Part shown: positions 63,377 to 64,000 of the stretch, piece after piece
Numbering within the stretch: position 1 is the stretch's first letter
Layout of the letters: every line of letters begins with the position of its first letter
Origin: Raja brachyura
Taxonomy: Eukaryota
Assembly: GCA_963514005.1 (NCBI GenBank)
Contig: OY740783.1
Location: forward strand, 74,462,001 to 74,526,000
Direction of reading: 5' to 3'
Length of the DNA stretch: 64,000 nucleotides
Notes under the pieces: generated by a model
What the model was told of the DNA's origin: nothing
Databases searched by the model: none
Seen by the model: only the letters and a program-made list of their open reading frames with translations
Program-made: the position numbers and the translations under genes

Positions 63377-63499
63377 TTTCAGATTGTACAGGCCCCACCA
63401 ATTTCAAGTGCCACAGTGGAGAATGCATTGACATGACTCAAGTGTGTAATCAACAGCAGAATTGCATAGACTGGAGTGATGAACCCCTGAAAGAATGTG
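63377..63499 (+). CDS. vldlr: VLDL receptor exon 7 (LA8)
   Basis: ttacag|...|gtaagt, 123 nt; [41 protein letters not shown]; the preceding intron is 73 nt. Confidence 0.96.
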
Positions 63500-63713
63500 G
63501 TAAGTAACTCCAAAGATCTAACTGATCCTCACTCAGCTGTTTACTTTGAGCTGGATATTGTCATTCTTCAATGTCTATATTGCAGATCCTTGTTATTGTG
63601 GGCTTCAATCGCATTGGGCCACCATGTTTTTATTTCAAACTATGAAAAACCATGGTACAATGATGTGGAACAAATCCATAAATGTTCTTGCAATTGTGTT
63701 GTATCCACTAAAT

Positions 63714-63934
63714 CAAGGGTTCCCAACGTGGGGTAACCTGGGGATAAATTTCACCTACCCAGGGGGTAAATTTGTTGATTCTGGATTTGTACATTTTTCT
63801 CATTGACTGACTGTGCTTGGTTCTTGTATATTGGTATCTGTTCATCATTAGTTCATAAATAAGTGAAATAACATTGTTATGTGCTACAAAAGTTGCCAGG
63901 AGTAAACAAGATGGAAAAAGGTTGGGAACCCCTA
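63714..63934. mobile_element. hAT (Charlie-type) MITE
   Basis: TIRs CAAGGGTTCCCAAC / GTTGGGAACCCCTA; perfect 8-bp TSD CACTAAAT (63706-63713, 63935-63942). Confidence 0.88.
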
Positions 63935-64000
63935 CACTAAATAAACAAGTGACTCAACTTTAGGTCAATAGGATTTTCCTGAAAGACTACATTCATTAAA

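Noticed and set aside
55941-63499. Assignment to ldlr or lrp8 instead of vldlr
   Set aside because: Eight LA repeats, exon sizes 120/123/123/372/123/123, linker after LA5 and the HMRTCR motif fit VLDLR.

Overview
Vertebrate nuclear DNA. The repeat content (HE1/V-SINE-like SINEs, HER1/CR1 LINEs, Penelope-like and Rex1-like elements) points to a cartilaginous fish, probably a skate or ray; this is inferred from repeats only. The single host gene is the 5' part of vldlr on the + strand: a signal-peptide exon at 48196-48262 and exons 2-7 (55941-63499) encoding all eight LDL-receptor class A repeats, all with GT-AG boundaries and phase-1 introns. The gene continues beyond the window. The upstream 48 kb and the introns are mostly decayed transposable elements. 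The most notable items are: (1) a degraded but two-LTR class III (ERV-L/ERV-S-like) endogenous retrovirus with a tRNA-Ser primer binding site at 5634-12066 on the - strand; (2) many Penelope-derived minimal hammerhead-ribozyme cassettes, including 93-150 bp inserts with their own target-site duplications; (3) a 117-bp near-perfect inverted repeat with no TSD; (4) a foldback element carrying a GC-box/TATA core; (5) two cases of the same chimeric LINE junction occurring twice. Repeat boundaries were read by eye and are approximate unless a TSD or TIR is quoted.
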